From contig CAKOJQ010000005.1 in the NCBI GenBank assembly GCA_934090795.1, positions 54,391-118,390 on the forward strand: a stretch of DNA of 64,000 bases, written 5' to 3'. A program made the position numbers and the translations under genes. Shown piece by piece: positions 10,371-21,023 of the stretch. Source of the DNA: an uncultured Bacilli bacterium. Lineage in GTDB: Bacteria > Bacillota_I > Bacilli_A > RF39 > UBA660. The first letter of the stretch is position 1; each line of letters starts with the position of its first letter. Below the pieces are notes generated by a model that searched no databases, was not told where the DNA came from, and saw only the letters and a program-made list of their open reading frames with translations.

Positions 10371-12460
10371 CTTATAACCTCTTTAACAAATGGTAATATT
10401 CTTAAATCTTCAATAAGTAATGATAAATCTTCCTTATTTTTAACTTTAACACTTATTTCATATGATACAGTATCTTTTTCATTAATTTCATTAATGCTTG
10501 TTATTGTTATTCCTCTTGTACTTGCTTTAGTAACAATATCTAAAATATGATTATTCATTGAATCAGTATTAACTCTTATTCTTGCAATAAATAATTTATC
10601 ACTATTAGTATCGTTCCAAGTAACATCTATTAATCTAGTATCAATATTTTTCATATTCGGACAATTCTTCTTATGAACAATTATTCCCTCACCCTTAGTA
10701 ATATATCCTATTATTTCATCGCCAGGAACAGGATGACAACACTTAGCTACATTTACTTTAATATTATCTACTCCATCAACAATAATATCATTCTTATAGT
10801 TCTCTTTTATCTCTAAATTACTATTAACTCTTTCAAGCATCAAGTCATTCATTGATTGTTTTTCTTCTATAATTAAATTAACAATATAGGTTGGAGTATA
10901 TCTTAAAGCACCTAAACTTAAATACATATCATCCATATTATTAATTTTTAAGTTTTTATAAATCTTATCAATATTTTCTTCTTCATTTAAAGTAGTTAAA
11001 GGTAATTTTCTCTTTCTTAATTCTTTTTCAATTAAAGTTTTACCTTCTTCAATATATCTTTCACGATCTTGTTTGCTAAAATATGCTTTAATTTTATTCT
11101 TAGCTTGACTAGTTTTAACAAATTTTAACCAATCTATATTAGGTTTAGCATTCGCATTTGTATTAACTTTAATTATATCGTTATCATTAAGTTCATAATC
11201 AAGTGGAACAATATTATCATTAACAATTGCACCAACCATATGGTCTCCTATATCTGAGTGAATTCGGTAAGCAAAATCAACTGGCGTAGAACCAAGGGGA
11301 AGTTCCATTACATCACCTTTAGGTGTAAAAACATAAATTTGTTTAGATAAAAGCTCCATTTCCATATTTTGTTCAAATAATTCATTACTAGCATCACTTG
11401 TTGCTAAATCTATGGTATTTCTGAATATTTCTAGCTTTTGTTCCATTAAATTCTTAACTGTTCCATCTGAGTGCTCTTTATATGACCAGTGAGATGCAAT
11501 ACCATGTTCAGCAATTTCATCCATTTCTTTAGTTCTAAGTTGAATTTCAAATATATGACCATCAACACCAAAAACAGATGTATGTAAAGACTGATACATA
11601 TTTTCTTTAGGCATCGCAATATAATCTTTGAATCTCTTAGGAATTGGTCTATATTTAGCATGAATAAGTCCAACAACCAAATAACAATCTTCTGGAGTAT
11701 CTAAAATTATTCTAAGCGCTAAAATATCATAAATATCACTCCACTTTTTACCTGTAGATAATTTATTATAAATACTATAAACACTTTTAACTCTTGATTT
11801 AATATGAAAATTAATACCATGCTCAGTTAAAATCTCAATAAGTTCATTTTGCATATCTTCAAGGCTAACAGAAAGCTCTTTTCTCGTTCCTGATAATTTT
11901 TCAGCTATTTCATCATAAACATCTGGTTTAGTATATCTTAAACATAGATTTTCTAATTTAGATTTAATACTATTAATACCTAATCTATGAGCAATTGGAA
12001 TTAATACATTCATAGTTTCATTAGCAATTTGTTTCTTTTCTTCTTCACTATACTCTTTAGTCTGCATTTCATCTAATCTATCAGCAAGTTTAATAATTAT
12101 AACTCTTACATCATCACTTATTCCAACTAATACTTTTCTTAAATAAACACTTGAAGATTCATTATAATCATTTAATTTAATACTTCTAAGTTTAATTAAA
12201 TTAGCAACTAAATTAGCAATATTACTACCGAATTCTTCATTAATTTCATCATAAGTAATATTTTCTTTTGCATATGCATCATGTAAAAGAGCAGCTATAA
12301 TCATAGTACTATCAGCATTTAATTCAGATACAATCGTAGCAACTCTTAAATAATGATCATCACTTGCAGTTTCTTTAACAATATTATATGCCTTATTTAC
12401 TAAATCAAGTTCACTACTACTAGCACATTCACTAAGTTTATTAATTATATTTTCAAACAT
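10367..12460 (-). CDS. relA: bifunctional (p)ppGpp synthetase/hydrolase, RelA/SpoT homologue
   Basis: N-terminal HD hydrolase region, synthetase core YRPIPKRFKDYIAMPKENMYQSLHTSV, TGS segment VFTPKGDVMELPLGSTPVDFAYRIHSDIG and a C-terminal ACT-like region. The ATG at 12460 is preferred over the track's TTG at 12469. Confidence 0.9.
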   Translation of the reverse strand: MFENIINKLSECASSSELDLVNKAYNIVKETASDDHYLRVATIVSELNADSTMIIAALLHDAYAKENITYDEINEEFGSNIANLVANLIKLRSIKLNDYNESSSVYLRKVLVGISDDVRVIIIKLADRLDEMQTKEYSEEEKKQIANETMNVLIPIAHRLGINSIKSKLENLCLRYTKPDVYDEIAEKLSGTRKELSVSLEDMQNELIEILTEHGINFHIKSRVKSVYSIYNKLSTGKKWSDIYDILALRIILDTPEDCYLVVGLIHAKYRPIPKRFKDYIAMPKENMYQSLHTSVFGVDGHIFEIQLRTKEMDEIAEHGIASHWSYKEHSDGTVKNLMEQKLEIFRNTIDLATSDASNELFEQNMEMELLSKQIYVFTPKGDVMELPLGSTPVDFAYRIHSDIGDHMVGAIVNDNIVPLDYELNDNDIIKVNTNANAKPNIDWLKFVKTSQAKNKIKAYFSKQDRERYIEEGKTLIEKELRKRKLPLTTLNEEENIDKIYKNLKINNMDDMYLSLGALRYTPTYIVNLIIEEKQSMNDLMLERVNSNLEIKENYKNDIIVDGVDNIKVNVAKCCHPVPGDEIIGYITKGEGIIVHKKNCPNMKNIDTRLIDVTWNDTNSDKLFIARIRVNTDSMNNHILDIVTKASTRGITITSINEINEKDTVSYEISVKVKNKEDLSLLIEDLRILPFVKEVIR

Positions 12461-12472
12461 TATTATCAAATC

Positions 12473-12715
12473 CTATCTATTGTTAATTTTATAATCTATT
12501 AATTCCTTATCAGAAACTGTAATAATATCATTAACCATTTCTCCTAAAGTTAAATGTTCTCTTTTCATCCAATACGTACTTTTTAAATAATTCCAAATAT
12601 CTTTTCTATCTATTCCTTTAATATTATTTCTTCTTAAATCATTTATTTTAACATTAAAAGCAGGTATTAATTTTTTATACAATTCTTCTAAAGACTTAAA
12701 TTTAAATTCATCCAT
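12473..12715 (-). CDS. post-transcriptional regulator ComN/YrzD-like small protein
   Basis: IKGIDRKDIWNYLKSTYWMKREHLTLGEMVNDIITV resembles the ComN family. The position between the spoVB-like gene and relA matches Bacillus synteny. Start moved to the ATG at 12715, which is preceded by GAGG. Confidence 0.5.
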   Translation of the reverse strand: MDEFKFKSLEELYKKLIPAFNVKINDLRRNNIKGIDRKDIWNYLKSTYWMKREHLTLGEMVNDIITVSDKELIDYKINNR

Positions 12716-12788
12716 TTTTAACCTCATCTTTATCCACAAACATTATAACAAATTTAATTAAAATAATAAATAAATCATATACTTAAAT

Positions 12789-14069
12789 ATGAAAAATAAA
12801 TTTATAAAAAGTACATTAATATTATTAATAGGTGGAATTATCACTAAATTATTAAGTTTTATTATTAGAATTTACTTTACACGTAATATTGGATCTGGTA
12901 TTGAAATATACTCTCTTGTTATGCCGACTTATAGTTTATTAATAACTATTACCCAACTAGGTTTTCCTCTTGCCATATCATCAATTATAGCTAAAGGTGA
13001 AAAAACAGGTAAGAATATTGCTTCTTCCATCATACCAATTTCTATCATCTTAAATATATTTCTCATTTTAATTGTTGCCTTATCCGCAAGCTTCTTATCA
13101 AATAATTTATTACATAATAAAGAAACATATTATCCCTTACTTGCTTGTTCTCTAGTCTTACCATTTATATCTATTGCCTCAATTATAAGAGGATATTTCT
13201 TTGGTAAACAACAAATGATGCCTCACACTATTTCCAATATAATTGAACAGCTTTTCAAACTATTTATAGTTATAATTGTTCTTCCTAAACTTATTAAACA
13301 TGGAATCATATTTGCTGTAACCGGCTATATTTTAATATCAATAATATCTGAAACAATTTCTATTATTGTGTTCTTATTATATTTACCTAAAGGATTTAGC
13401 ATCAAAAAAGAAGATCTTAAACCTGACATTGGTACAATTAAAGATGTTTTAAAAATAGGTATTCCTTCAGTATCTTCTAGAATAATCGGTAATATTGGTT
13501 ATTTCTTTGAACCAATCATATTAACTAATTTACTTTTATTAAATGGTTTTTCTAATGAATACATTATTAGTAATTATGCTATTTATAATACTTATGTAAT
13601 TGGTTTATTAGTTGTACCTACTTACCTTTTAGGTGCGGTTGCAACCGCTCTTCTTCCTGAACTATCTAAAAACATTAATAATATTAAAAAAGTAAAAAGA
13701 ATATTTTATAAAGTCTTAACATTTTCTCTAATCTTTGGAATTGGTGCTAATATATTTTTATTCTTCTTTTCTGATGAAATATTAAGTATTGTTTTTAATA
13801 CAACTTCTGGTTATACATACATAAAATTTTTATGTCCTTTCTTTATTCTTTATTATTTAGAAGCACCTCTATCAATTGTATTAACCGCCTTTAATAAAAC
13901 TAAAATAGTAATGCGAACAACTACAACAGGAATAATATTTAAACTTATCACTCTATCCATCTTATGCTTCTGTAACATTGGAATATATGCCTTAATTATT
14001 TCGGAAATAGTAGATATCTTAATTGTTGTATTATTAAACTATAAAGAAACTACAAAATTATTAAAGTAA
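12789..14069 (+). CDS. MOP-family polysaccharide/lipid II flippase, SpoVB/MurJ-like
   Basis: 426 aa, about 12 helices. The N-terminus MKNKFIKSTLILLIGGIITKLLSF resembles SpoVB. Divergent from the comN-like gene. Confidence 0.6.
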   Translation: MKNKFIKSTLILLIGGIITKLLSFIIRIYFTRNIGSGIEIYSLVMPTYSLLITITQLGFPLAISSIIAKGEKTGKNIASSIIPISIILNIFLILIVALSASFLSNNLLHNKETYYPLLACSLVLPFISIASIIRGYFFGKQQMMPHTISNIIEQLFKLFIVIIVLPKLIKHGIIFAVTGYILISIISETISIIVFLLYLPKGFSIKKEDLKPDIGTIKDVLKIGIPSVSSRIIGNIGYFFEPIILTNLLLLNGFSNEYIISNYAIYNTYVIGLLVVPTYLLGAVATALLPELSKNINNIKKVKRIFYKVLTFSLIFGIGANIFLFFFSDEILSIVFNTTSGYTYIKFLCPFFILYYLEAPLSIVLTAFNKTKIVMRTTTTGIIFKLITLSILCFCNIGIYALIISEIVDILIVVLLNYKETTKLLK

Positions 14070-14089
14070 AAAAACACCAATTATGGTGT
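14068..14089. terminator. short hairpin between convergent genes
   Basis: ACACCA-ATTA-TGGTGT (14074-14089) is flanked by an A-run on the plus strand, which is a T-run on the minus strand after the 149-aa gene. Confidence 0.4.
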
Positions 14090-14091
14090 CA

Positions 14092-14541
14092 TTATAAATA
14101 TTTTTTAAGCTTAGCAATTGCATTAGTTTGAAAGTCTTTAAAATCCCTAATTAATTTTTTAATATCTCTATCAACATTTTCATCAAAACAAGAAAACATC
14201 TTTGTCATTTCAATTTCACCCATTGTAAGCCCATTAATAAGCATATCTGCAATAGCAGAATCACTATTATCTTTTAAAACTTGCATCTTTATGCCCATAT
14301 CAGCTGACATATTTGTAAAAGGACTAAATCCTTTACCTTTTTCATTCATTGATTTTAGTAAACTTTCCGATTGTTTTAAAAATGAATTATAACTATTTAG
14401 TATATCATTTACAACTTCTGTTATTTTATTATCCTTATTTTCTAAAGATTTTAATAATGTATTAGTACTATCACTACCCATTTTAGCGTTTTTATAAACA
14501 TAATTTAATATTTCATATTCATCTATCATTTGTTTCACCAC
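14092..14541 (-). CDS. hypothetical helical protein
   Basis: 149-aa ORF, hydrophilic and helical composition. No family recognised. Confidence 0.5.
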   Translation of the reverse strand: MVKQMIDEYEILNYVYKNAKMGSDSTNTLLKSLENKDNKITEVVNDILNSYNSFLKQSESLLKSMNEKGKGFSPFTNMSADMGIKMQVLKDNSDSAIADMLINGLTMGEIEMTKMFSCFDENVDRDIKKLIRDFKDFQTNAIAKLKKYL

Positions 14542-14579
14542 TATTATTATGACTAATGTTATGAATTATATACTAGCAA

Positions 14580-14606
14580 AATAAAAAAGTACCATTAACT
14601 GGCACT
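14580..14606 (-). terminator. rho-independent terminator after topA
   Basis: The minus strand reads AGTGCCA-GTTAA-TGGTACT followed by TTTTTTATTTT. Lies immediately after the topA stop. Confidence 0.55.
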
Positions 14607-14611
14607 TAATT

Positions 14612-16633
14612 TTATTTTGTATAATCACAACTACTACATTTTATAGTTCTATCTTTACCTTTAAACACTAATAAGTTTCCACATTCAGGACATTTTTCGC
14701 CGGTTGGTTCATCCCATAAAGCTGTTTTACATTTTGGATAATTATTACATCCATAGAAAACCTTACCTCTTTTAGAACGTTTAACTACTATTTTACCATC
14801 GCAATTTGGACAGTCGCAAACTTCTTCTATTTTTTTCTCTTCTTGTTTAATATACTTACAAGTTGGATAATTAGAACATGCTGTAAACTTACCATATCTA
14901 CTAGTTCTTATAACTAAATCAGATCCACAATTTGGACATTTTTCACCAGTAACTTCCGGAGCTTTTTTCTCCATTTCATCAAATGCTTTTTTAACTAATG
15001 GTTCAAAATCACCATAAAATTCTTTTAACACCTTAATATAATCTTCTTTATTTTCGGCAATTAAATCTAAATCATTTTCCATGTTAGCCGTATAATCTAC
15101 ATTAATTATACTTGAGAAAAATTCTTGCAATTTATCAGTCGTTTCGATTCCAACTTCCGTAGGTACAAACTTTTTATCCTCTAATCTAACATAGGCTCTT
15201 TCTTTAATTACCTCAAGTATTTTAGCGTAGGTAGATGGTCTACCAATACCTAAAGCTTCTAATTCTTTAATTAAAGAACTTTCCGTAAATCTTGCTGGTG
15301 GTTTAGTAAAGTGTTGTTCTTTCTTAACTTCATCCGCATTAAGAATAGTTCCTTCTTGAATATCAGGTAATGCAACATCATCAACATCGACATATTTACG
15401 ATATACTTTTAAATAACCATCAAAACATTCAATTTGTCCAGTTGCTTTAAATTCATAATTGTTATTATCTAATAAAATAGTTGTTGCTAAAACCTTTCCA
15501 TCAGCCATTAAAGAAGCTAAAGCTCTAGCATAAATAATACTATAAACTTTATATTCATCATTTGTTAAATACTCTTTTACAGATTCAGGTGTTCTTTTAA
15601 GTGATGTTGGTCTAATTGCCTCATGGGCATCTTGAACATTGGCTTTTTCTTTAGACTTTTTAACTGCACCAATATATTTTTTACCATAATTTTCTTCAAT
15701 AAATTTATGAGCTTCATCTATAAACATATTAGACAATCTTGTTGAATCAGTTCTCATATAAGTAATTAAACCAACTGATTCTTTGCCTAAATCAACTGAT
15801 TCATAAAGTTTTTGAGCAACACGCATTGTTTTAGAAGCTCCAAAATTAAGTTTATTAGCACACGCTTGTTGTAAAGTACTAGTTGTAAAAGGCATAACAC
15901 CTTTTCTATTTTTTTCTTTTTTAACTACACTAGTAACTTTAAAATCTTTACCTAATGAATTTAAAACCTTATTTGCTTCTTCTTCATTAGATATCTCTAT
16001 TTTTTTATTTTTATATTTATCTAAATCCGCATTAAATCCAGGAAATATAGCACTTATTGTCCAATATTCTTCCGGATTAAATGCATTAATTTCTCTTTCT
16101 CTATCAACAATTAATTTAAGAGCAACTGATTGAACACGTCCAGCTGATTTTCCACCCGTTTTTGATTGCATTAATTTAGATAATCTAAAACCAATAATAC
16201 GATCTAACATTCTTCTAGTTTCTTGAGATTTAACTAAATTTTCATCAATCTTTCTTGGCGTTTTAAAAGCGTTTATAACTGCATCATGTGTAATTTCATT
16301 AAAAACTACTCTTTCATAATCTTTATCATCTATTCCTAAAGCATCTTTTAAATGCCAACTTATTGCCTCTCCTTCACGGTCGGGATCGGTTGCAAGATAG
16401 ACCATATCGCTTTTTTTAGCATCACTTTTAAGTTCTTTTATTACACTAGATTTACCCTTAATTACAGTATAATTTGGCTTAAAATTATTTTCAATATCAA
16501 TTCCTAAACCATATTTACCTGTTGTTGCAAGATCTCTAATATGTCCTTTACTAGAAACTACTTTATAATTACTACCTAAATAATTACCAATTGTTTTAGT
16601 CTTACTTGGAGATTCTACAATAACTAAATTCAT
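14612..16633 (-). CDS. topA: DNA topoisomerase I
   Basis: Toprim N-terminus MNLVIVESPSKTKTI, DPDREGE, active-site region ITYMRTDS and three C-terminal C4 zinc ribbons (CPNCGS..CSNYPTC, CPNCDG..CNNYPKC, CPECGN..CSSC). ATG at 16633 is preceded by GAGGA. Confidence 0.92.
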   Translation of the reverse strand: MNLVIVESPSKTKTIGNYLGSNYKVVSSKGHIRDLATTGKYGLGIDIENNFKPNYTVIKGKSSVIKELKSDAKKSDMVYLATDPDREGEAISWHLKDALGIDDKDYERVVFNEITHDAVINAFKTPRKIDENLVKSQETRRMLDRIIGFRLSKLMQSKTGGKSAGRVQSVALKLIVDREREINAFNPEEYWTISAIFPGFNADLDKYKNKKIEISNEEEANKVLNSLGKDFKVTSVVKKEKNRKGVMPFTTSTLQQACANKLNFGASKTMRVAQKLYESVDLGKESVGLITYMRTDSTRLSNMFIDEAHKFIEENYGKKYIGAVKKSKEKANVQDAHEAIRPTSLKRTPESVKEYLTNDEYKVYSIIYARALASLMADGKVLATTILLDNNNYEFKATGQIECFDGYLKVYRKYVDVDDVALPDIQEGTILNADEVKKEQHFTKPPARFTESSLIKELEALGIGRPSTYAKILEVIKERAYVRLEDKKFVPTEVGIETTDKLQEFFSSIINVDYTANMENDLDLIAENKEDYIKVLKEFYGDFEPLVKKAFDEMEKKAPEVTGEKCPNCGSDLVIRTSRYGKFTACSNYPTCKYIKQEEKKIEEVCDCPNCDGKIVVKRSKRGKVFYGCNNYPKCKTALWDEPTGEKCPECGNLLVFKGKDRTIKCSSCDYTK

Positions 16634-16634
16634 T

Positions 16635-18716
16635 TTATTCCTCATTTCTATTACTACTATTTGCTATATATGAAATATTACTATATTCTTCTATTTTTTT
16701 AAATAGATAATTAAAATAATCATTTTTAATTGCAAGCGCACTCATCTGTTGTTTTAAACTTATTTGTTTATTAATATCAATTATTTCTTGATTAGTATAA
16801 GTATTACTTTCATCCTTAGGTGTAAACACTCCTTTAGACGCATTATAATAGCCTATTTCATCTTGCCAAGAGCCATCTGCAAAATAAGCTCTATGATCAT
16901 AATCGGAAAATATATCGTTACCCAAATATAATCTTGGATCATAATTAATTCCAAACATATTTAATAAAGTTGGTAATAAATCAACTAATGAAGTATAATC
17001 TTCAACTATTTCTGGCTCTTGTCCATAATTATATATAATCATTGGAGTTCTATCCATCTCATTATTAACACTAGCATCATAACCTACTACTTCTGATATA
17101 GAACTTGTACTAAGTCCATAAGGATAATGATCACCAAATAATGCGATTACAGTATCATCTAATTTTCCAGCCTTCTCTAATTCATCTAATAACAATTCTA
17201 ATGCTTTATCAAGTTCATACATCTTAGACATATATCTTTTAACAGTCATTGGATAATTTGTATTATTTAATTTATCTAAATTCTTATTACCATATTCACT
17301 ATCAACACCATAAGGTTGATGTGTAGTAACTGATGTTAAAAATACCATAAATTTATCTTCATTTATAAAATGAGGAACACTTGTTTTAATTAAATCAGTA
17401 TCGCTAGGCCATTCTTCATATAAACTACTCCACTTAATATTTAAATCAGATGCATTATAATATTGTCCACTTCCCATATTTTTATGAATAGTTTTTCTAG
17501 AATAATAATGATCAGCATAATCATGATAACTTGTCGTAACATAATTTAAATTCTTAAACATATTAAATATTGATTCAGAATAAACATTGTTTTTATATCT
17601 ATTAGCAGTACATGTTTGATTAATAGTATACAAACTAGTCATAACTGTCATTTCATTATTACCAGTAGAGCAACTATTTCTAGGACTATAATTATTTCTA
17701 AAAGATGTTCCTTCACTCCATAACTTATAAATTGTTGGATATCTATCTTTATCAATTGCAATATAATTTACTGATTCCATTAATATTACTATTAAATTTT
17801 TTCCTTCATAAATACCTGTTTTATCATTTTTAGGAGTAATCTCTCTACTAATAAAATAATTATTTAATTTATTATAAGTTGAATTCTTTTCATTATTTAT
17901 TAATTCTTTCCAAGCACTATCATCAATATTTCTAGCATACTCTCCACTTGCTACAACACTACTTTGATTATTATTAAAAACATCGTCTTCACTAATATCA
18001 ACATTAATATCAAAAGTATTAATCATCATATCACTAAAACCAAAAGCATATACTCCAAACTGACTTACATTTAAATTTGGATTATCATTTGTAAGAATTA
18101 AATTTTTATTACTTATAGTTTGTAAATCATTTTGCATAAATTTAACTGTAAGTGTTCCATAATACATTATACACATAAATACAACTACAATAGCATATGC
18201 AGCAACTGTTAATAATTTATTTCTATTACTTTCAATTTTAAATTCAAAATAAGTAGTCTTATTTAATTTATATTCTTTTATCTTTTTATCTAAAAACCAA
18301 ATATATAATAAATATAAAGTTACAGGAATTAATAATAAATAACTTTTCCAGTTGGCAGCCTCAATATATTCTTTAATATAATCTACAACCTTTGTTCCTT
18401 GCTCTGCATTACCAGTTCCCATGAAAAATCCTAAATAGTTATATAAATTAACTTCTATCCATGCATATAAAGTAAGTGCTACACTTATAATTGTTTTAAA
18501 TATCTTACTTCCTGTCTTTTTAAATAAAGAACTTATTAAACCTAATGCTATACCAAAACCACAAGAAGATATGAATATTCTAAAAATATCCCAATCTAAT
18601 ATTTTATATGAAAGGTTTATTCTTAAAATAATTTCAATAAAAAAAATCAAAGATAAGAAACCCACACTATTTTTAAAAATTTGTTTTCCTAATTTTTCTT
18701 TCACTTTTCTCACCAT
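16635..18716 (-). CDS. LTA synthase family protein (sulfatase-domain, LtaS-like)
   Basis: N-terminal multi-helix membrane domain followed by an extracellular sulfatase-type domain (NLIVILMESV.., FGDHYPYG). The start overlaps the rnhB 3' end by 44 nt, so the true start may be the GTG at 18704. Confidence 0.78.
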   Translation of the reverse strand: MVRKVKEKLGKQIFKNSVGFLSLIFFIEIILRINLSYKILDWDIFRIFISSCGFGIALGLISSLFKKTGSKIFKTIISVALTLYAWIEVNLYNYLGFFMGTGNAEQGTKVVDYIKEYIEAANWKSYLLLIPVTLYLLYIWFLDKKIKEYKLNKTTYFEFKIESNRNKLLTVAAYAIVVVFMCIMYYGTLTVKFMQNDLQTISNKNLILTNDNPNLNVSQFGVYAFGFSDMMINTFDINVDISEDDVFNNNQSSVVASGEYARNIDDSAWKELINNEKNSTYNKLNNYFISREITPKNDKTGIYEGKNLIVILMESVNYIAIDKDRYPTIYKLWSEGTSFRNNYSPRNSCSTGNNEMTVMTSLYTINQTCTANRYKNNVYSESIFNMFKNLNYVTTSYHDYADHYYSRKTIHKNMGSGQYYNASDLNIKWSSLYEEWPSDTDLIKTSVPHFINEDKFMVFLTSVTTHQPYGVDSEYGNKNLDKLNNTNYPMTVKRYMSKMYELDKALELLLDELEKAGKLDDTVIALFGDHYPYGLSTSSISEVVGYDASVNNEMDRTPMIIYNYGQEPEIVEDYTSLVDLLPTLLNMFGINYDPRLYLGNDIFSDYDHRAYFADGSWQDEIGYYNASKGVFTPKDESNTYTNQEIIDINKQISLKQQMSALAIKNDYFNYLFKKIEEYSNISYIANSSNRNEE

Positions 18717-19332
18717 TTAATATTAAATCACGGACTGGCCCAAATGTAAACCTATAATTATCAAGTAATCCATATTTTTTTATTGCTTCTAAGTGAGCTT
18801 TAGTTGGGTAACCTTTATGATTTTTAAATCCATATTCTGGAAATTTTTCATCTAATTCATACATCATTCTATCTCTAGTAACCTTAGCAATAATTGATGC
18901 TGCTGCTATTGATTCTGACTTACTATCACCTTTAATAATACTTTCGCTTGGCATTTCTAAATCACTTAATTTCATTGCATCAATAAGAACATATTCCGGC
19001 TTAATTTCTAAATTATTTATAGCTTGATACATCGCAAGTTTTGTTGCTTCATAAATGTTTACATCATCTATTACTTTATTATCCATCATACCAATTGAAA
19101 CACTTAATGCATCTTTCATTATAATTTCATATAATTCATTTCTTCTTTTTTCCGATAGCTTTTTAGAATCATTAATTAATCCATTAAAATATCCCACTGG
19201 TAAAATAACTGCAGCTGTAACAACCGGTCCAACTAAAGGTCCACGTCCAACTTCATCAACACCAGCAATATATTTTATTCCTTTATTATATAATTCTTGT
19301 TCATAACTTAACATATTATTTTTCATAATCAA
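18673..19332 (-). CDS. rnhB: ribonuclease HII
   Basis: IAGVDEVGRGPLVGPVV, DSKKLS and ASIIAKVTRD motifs. An alternative start at ATG 19314 lies 1 nt after the rbgA stop. Confidence 0.9.
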   Translation of the reverse strand: MIMKNNMLSYEQELYNKGIKYIAGVDEVGRGPLVGPVVTAAVILPVGYFNGLINDSKKLSEKRRNELYEIIMKDALSVSIGMMDNKVIDDVNIYEATKLAMYQAINNLEIKPEYVLIDAMKLSDLEMPSESIIKGDSKSESIAAASIIAKVTRDRMMYELDEKFPEYGFKNHKGYPTKAHLEAIKKYGLLDNYRFTFGPVRDLILNGEKSERKIRKTNF

Positions 19333-20200
19333 ATGTAATTCCTTTTATATGTTCTAACTTTATTTCATTAATTATATATTTGGCTGTACGATTATAATCT
19401 GCTTCTCCATTTTTAATAGCTCCAATATTTTTAGCAATTAAATCAAAAGCTTCATCATTAAATTCATTAATTTTAAATCTCTCACTTAATATATTAGGAT
19501 ATCTTTCACTTAATACTTTTAATATATAACTAGCAACATCATATAATGGGATAACATCTTCTTTAATTGCACTAAAAACACATAAATTAAGCGCTACTTT
19601 TTCATCATCAAATTTAGGCCATAATATTCCCGGTGTATCAAGTACTAATACTTTATATTTAGTTTTTAACCACACATTATTTCTTGTAACACCCGGCATA
19701 TTACCAGTTTTAGCAACCTTTTTACCAGCTAAATTATTAATTAAAGTACTCTTACCAACATTAGGTATTCCAATAACTAATGCTTTTAATTCTTTTTCTT
19801 TTAAACCTTTTTCTTTTCTCTTTAAATTAATATTTTTAGCTACTTTATTTATTAAATCAATAACTTTCTTATAATCATTATTATCACTTAAATTAACTAA
19901 TACTACATTATAACCTTTATTTTCATAATATTTAACCCATTTATTAGTTTCATTTATATCACATAAATCAGCTTTAGACATTATAAGTATTTTATCTTTA
20001 TTTCTAGTAATATCAACTATATCTTTAATTTTAGAAGATAGTGGTATTCTAGCATCAATTATTTCCAATACGATATCTATAACTGGCATTATTTTTTTAA
20101 TTTCATCCTTGGCTTTCTTCATATGACCAGGGTACCAATTTATATTTGTTTTTTGGAAACTTTTTTCTTCATTTGACATTTCAATCACTACTTCTTTCAT
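19316..20200 (-). CDS. rbgA: ribosome biogenesis GTPase A (YlqF/RbgA)
   Basis: INWYPGHMKKA, circularly permuted GTPase motifs SKADL ... GIPNVGKST ... DTPGILWP. The rbgA-rnhB pairing is conserved. An alternative start at ATG 20179 lies just after the KilA-N stop. Confidence 0.88.
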   Translation of the reverse strand: MKEVVIEMSNEEKSFQKTNINWYPGHMKKAKDEIKKIMPVIDIVLEIIDARIPLSSKIKDIVDITRNKDKILIMSKADLCDINETNKWVKYYENKGYNVVLVNLSDNNDYKKVIDLINKVAKNINLKRKEKGLKEKELKALVIGIPNVGKSTLINNLAGKKVAKTGNMPGVTRNNVWLKTKYKVLVLDTPGILWPKFDDEKVALNLCVFSAIKEDVIPLYDVASYILKVLSERYPNILSERFKINEFNDEAFDLIAKNIGAIKNGEADYNRTAKYIINEIKLEHIKGITFDYEK

Positions 20201-21023
20201 TTAATAACTTAATTCTTTCTGCATTATTAAGTATATCTAATTGATATTTACATATATTACTTAATATTTCAAATCTTTCTTCTTTTGTTTTACCTTCTTT
20301 GATTAATTCCGCATTATGAGATTCTAAATTAGATAAAACTGTTAATTCATTTATTGTTGCATAATCTCTTACATTTGAGTTCTTAGCTAACTCTGGATTT
20401 AATTCTCTCCATTTTTTAGCAGTAGTATTAAACAATACTACATTAAGAATATCAGCTTCTTCGGCATATTTTAACCATTCTTTATTTCTGAAAAAATCAT
20501 TATCTGGTAAGATATAATTCTTAATGGCATCTGTATGAATTAAATAATTATTTTTAGTTAGTATTCTTTTTACATCCCATTCTCTATTTTGATTTTCTAA
20601 TTCTTTTAATCTCTCAAATTCTTTAATTAAATACAATTTAAATACTGGACTTATTGCTGATGCAAATTCAAATGCAATATCTTTATGTGCATATGTTCCA
20701 CCATATTTGCCTCGTTTTGAATATATGCCAATAGCATTTGTTTTTTCACACCATTCAGTAACACTTAATGTAAATGTATGAAGTCCTGCACTTTTTCTAA
20801 ACCCGTCGAATTCGACGGAATTAAAATTTGGATTATAAATAGACTCCCATGTTCCTAAAAATTCCAAAGTAATTCTATTTCTTAACCAGTTTCTTATAAT
20901 GTCATCAGCTTTCGATTTTCCCTCTTTGTATTTACCAAAATCAGAAATACAAATATAATCATTATCATCTATGTTTGTAATATTTACTTTAATATTTTGA
21001 ACTTCTATTATTTTATTTGACAT
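20181..21023 (-). CDS. KilA-N domain-containing protein
   Basis: 280 aa. The N-terminal region YICISDFGKY..IRNWLRNRITLEFLGTWE..GGTYAHKDIAFEFASAISPVFKLYLIKEFERLK is typical of KilA-N proteins. Strong RBS GGAGGTGA. Confidence 0.7.
   Translation of the reverse strand: MSNKIIEVQNIKVNITNIDDNDYICISDFGKYKEGKSKADDIIRNWLRNRITLEFLGTWESIYNPNFNSVEFDGFRKSAGLHTFTLSVTEWCEKTNAIGIYSKRGKYGGTYAHKDIAFEFASAISPVFKLYLIKEFERLKELENQNREWDVKRILTKNNYLIHTDAIKNYILPDNDFFRNKEWLKYAEEADILNVVLFNTTAKKWRELNPELAKNSNVRDYATINELTVLSNLESHNAELIKEGKTKEERFEILSNICKYQLDILNNAERIKLLNERSSD

Noticed and set aside
10353-10550. 65-aa plus-strand ORF
   Set aside because: Antisense to the relA/dtd junction. A composition artefact.
11446-11676. 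76-aa minus-strand ORF
   Set aside because: An alternative frame inside relA. The relA frame carries the conserved synthetase motifs.
16635-18716. The 44-nt overlap between the LtaS-family start and the rnhB 3' end as something unusual
   Set aside because: Most likely just start-codon ambiguity: a GTG at 18704 with an upstream GGTGA is an alternative. Overlaps are common in this compact operon.
19055-19306. 83-aa plus-strand ORF
   Set aside because: Antisense within rnhB.
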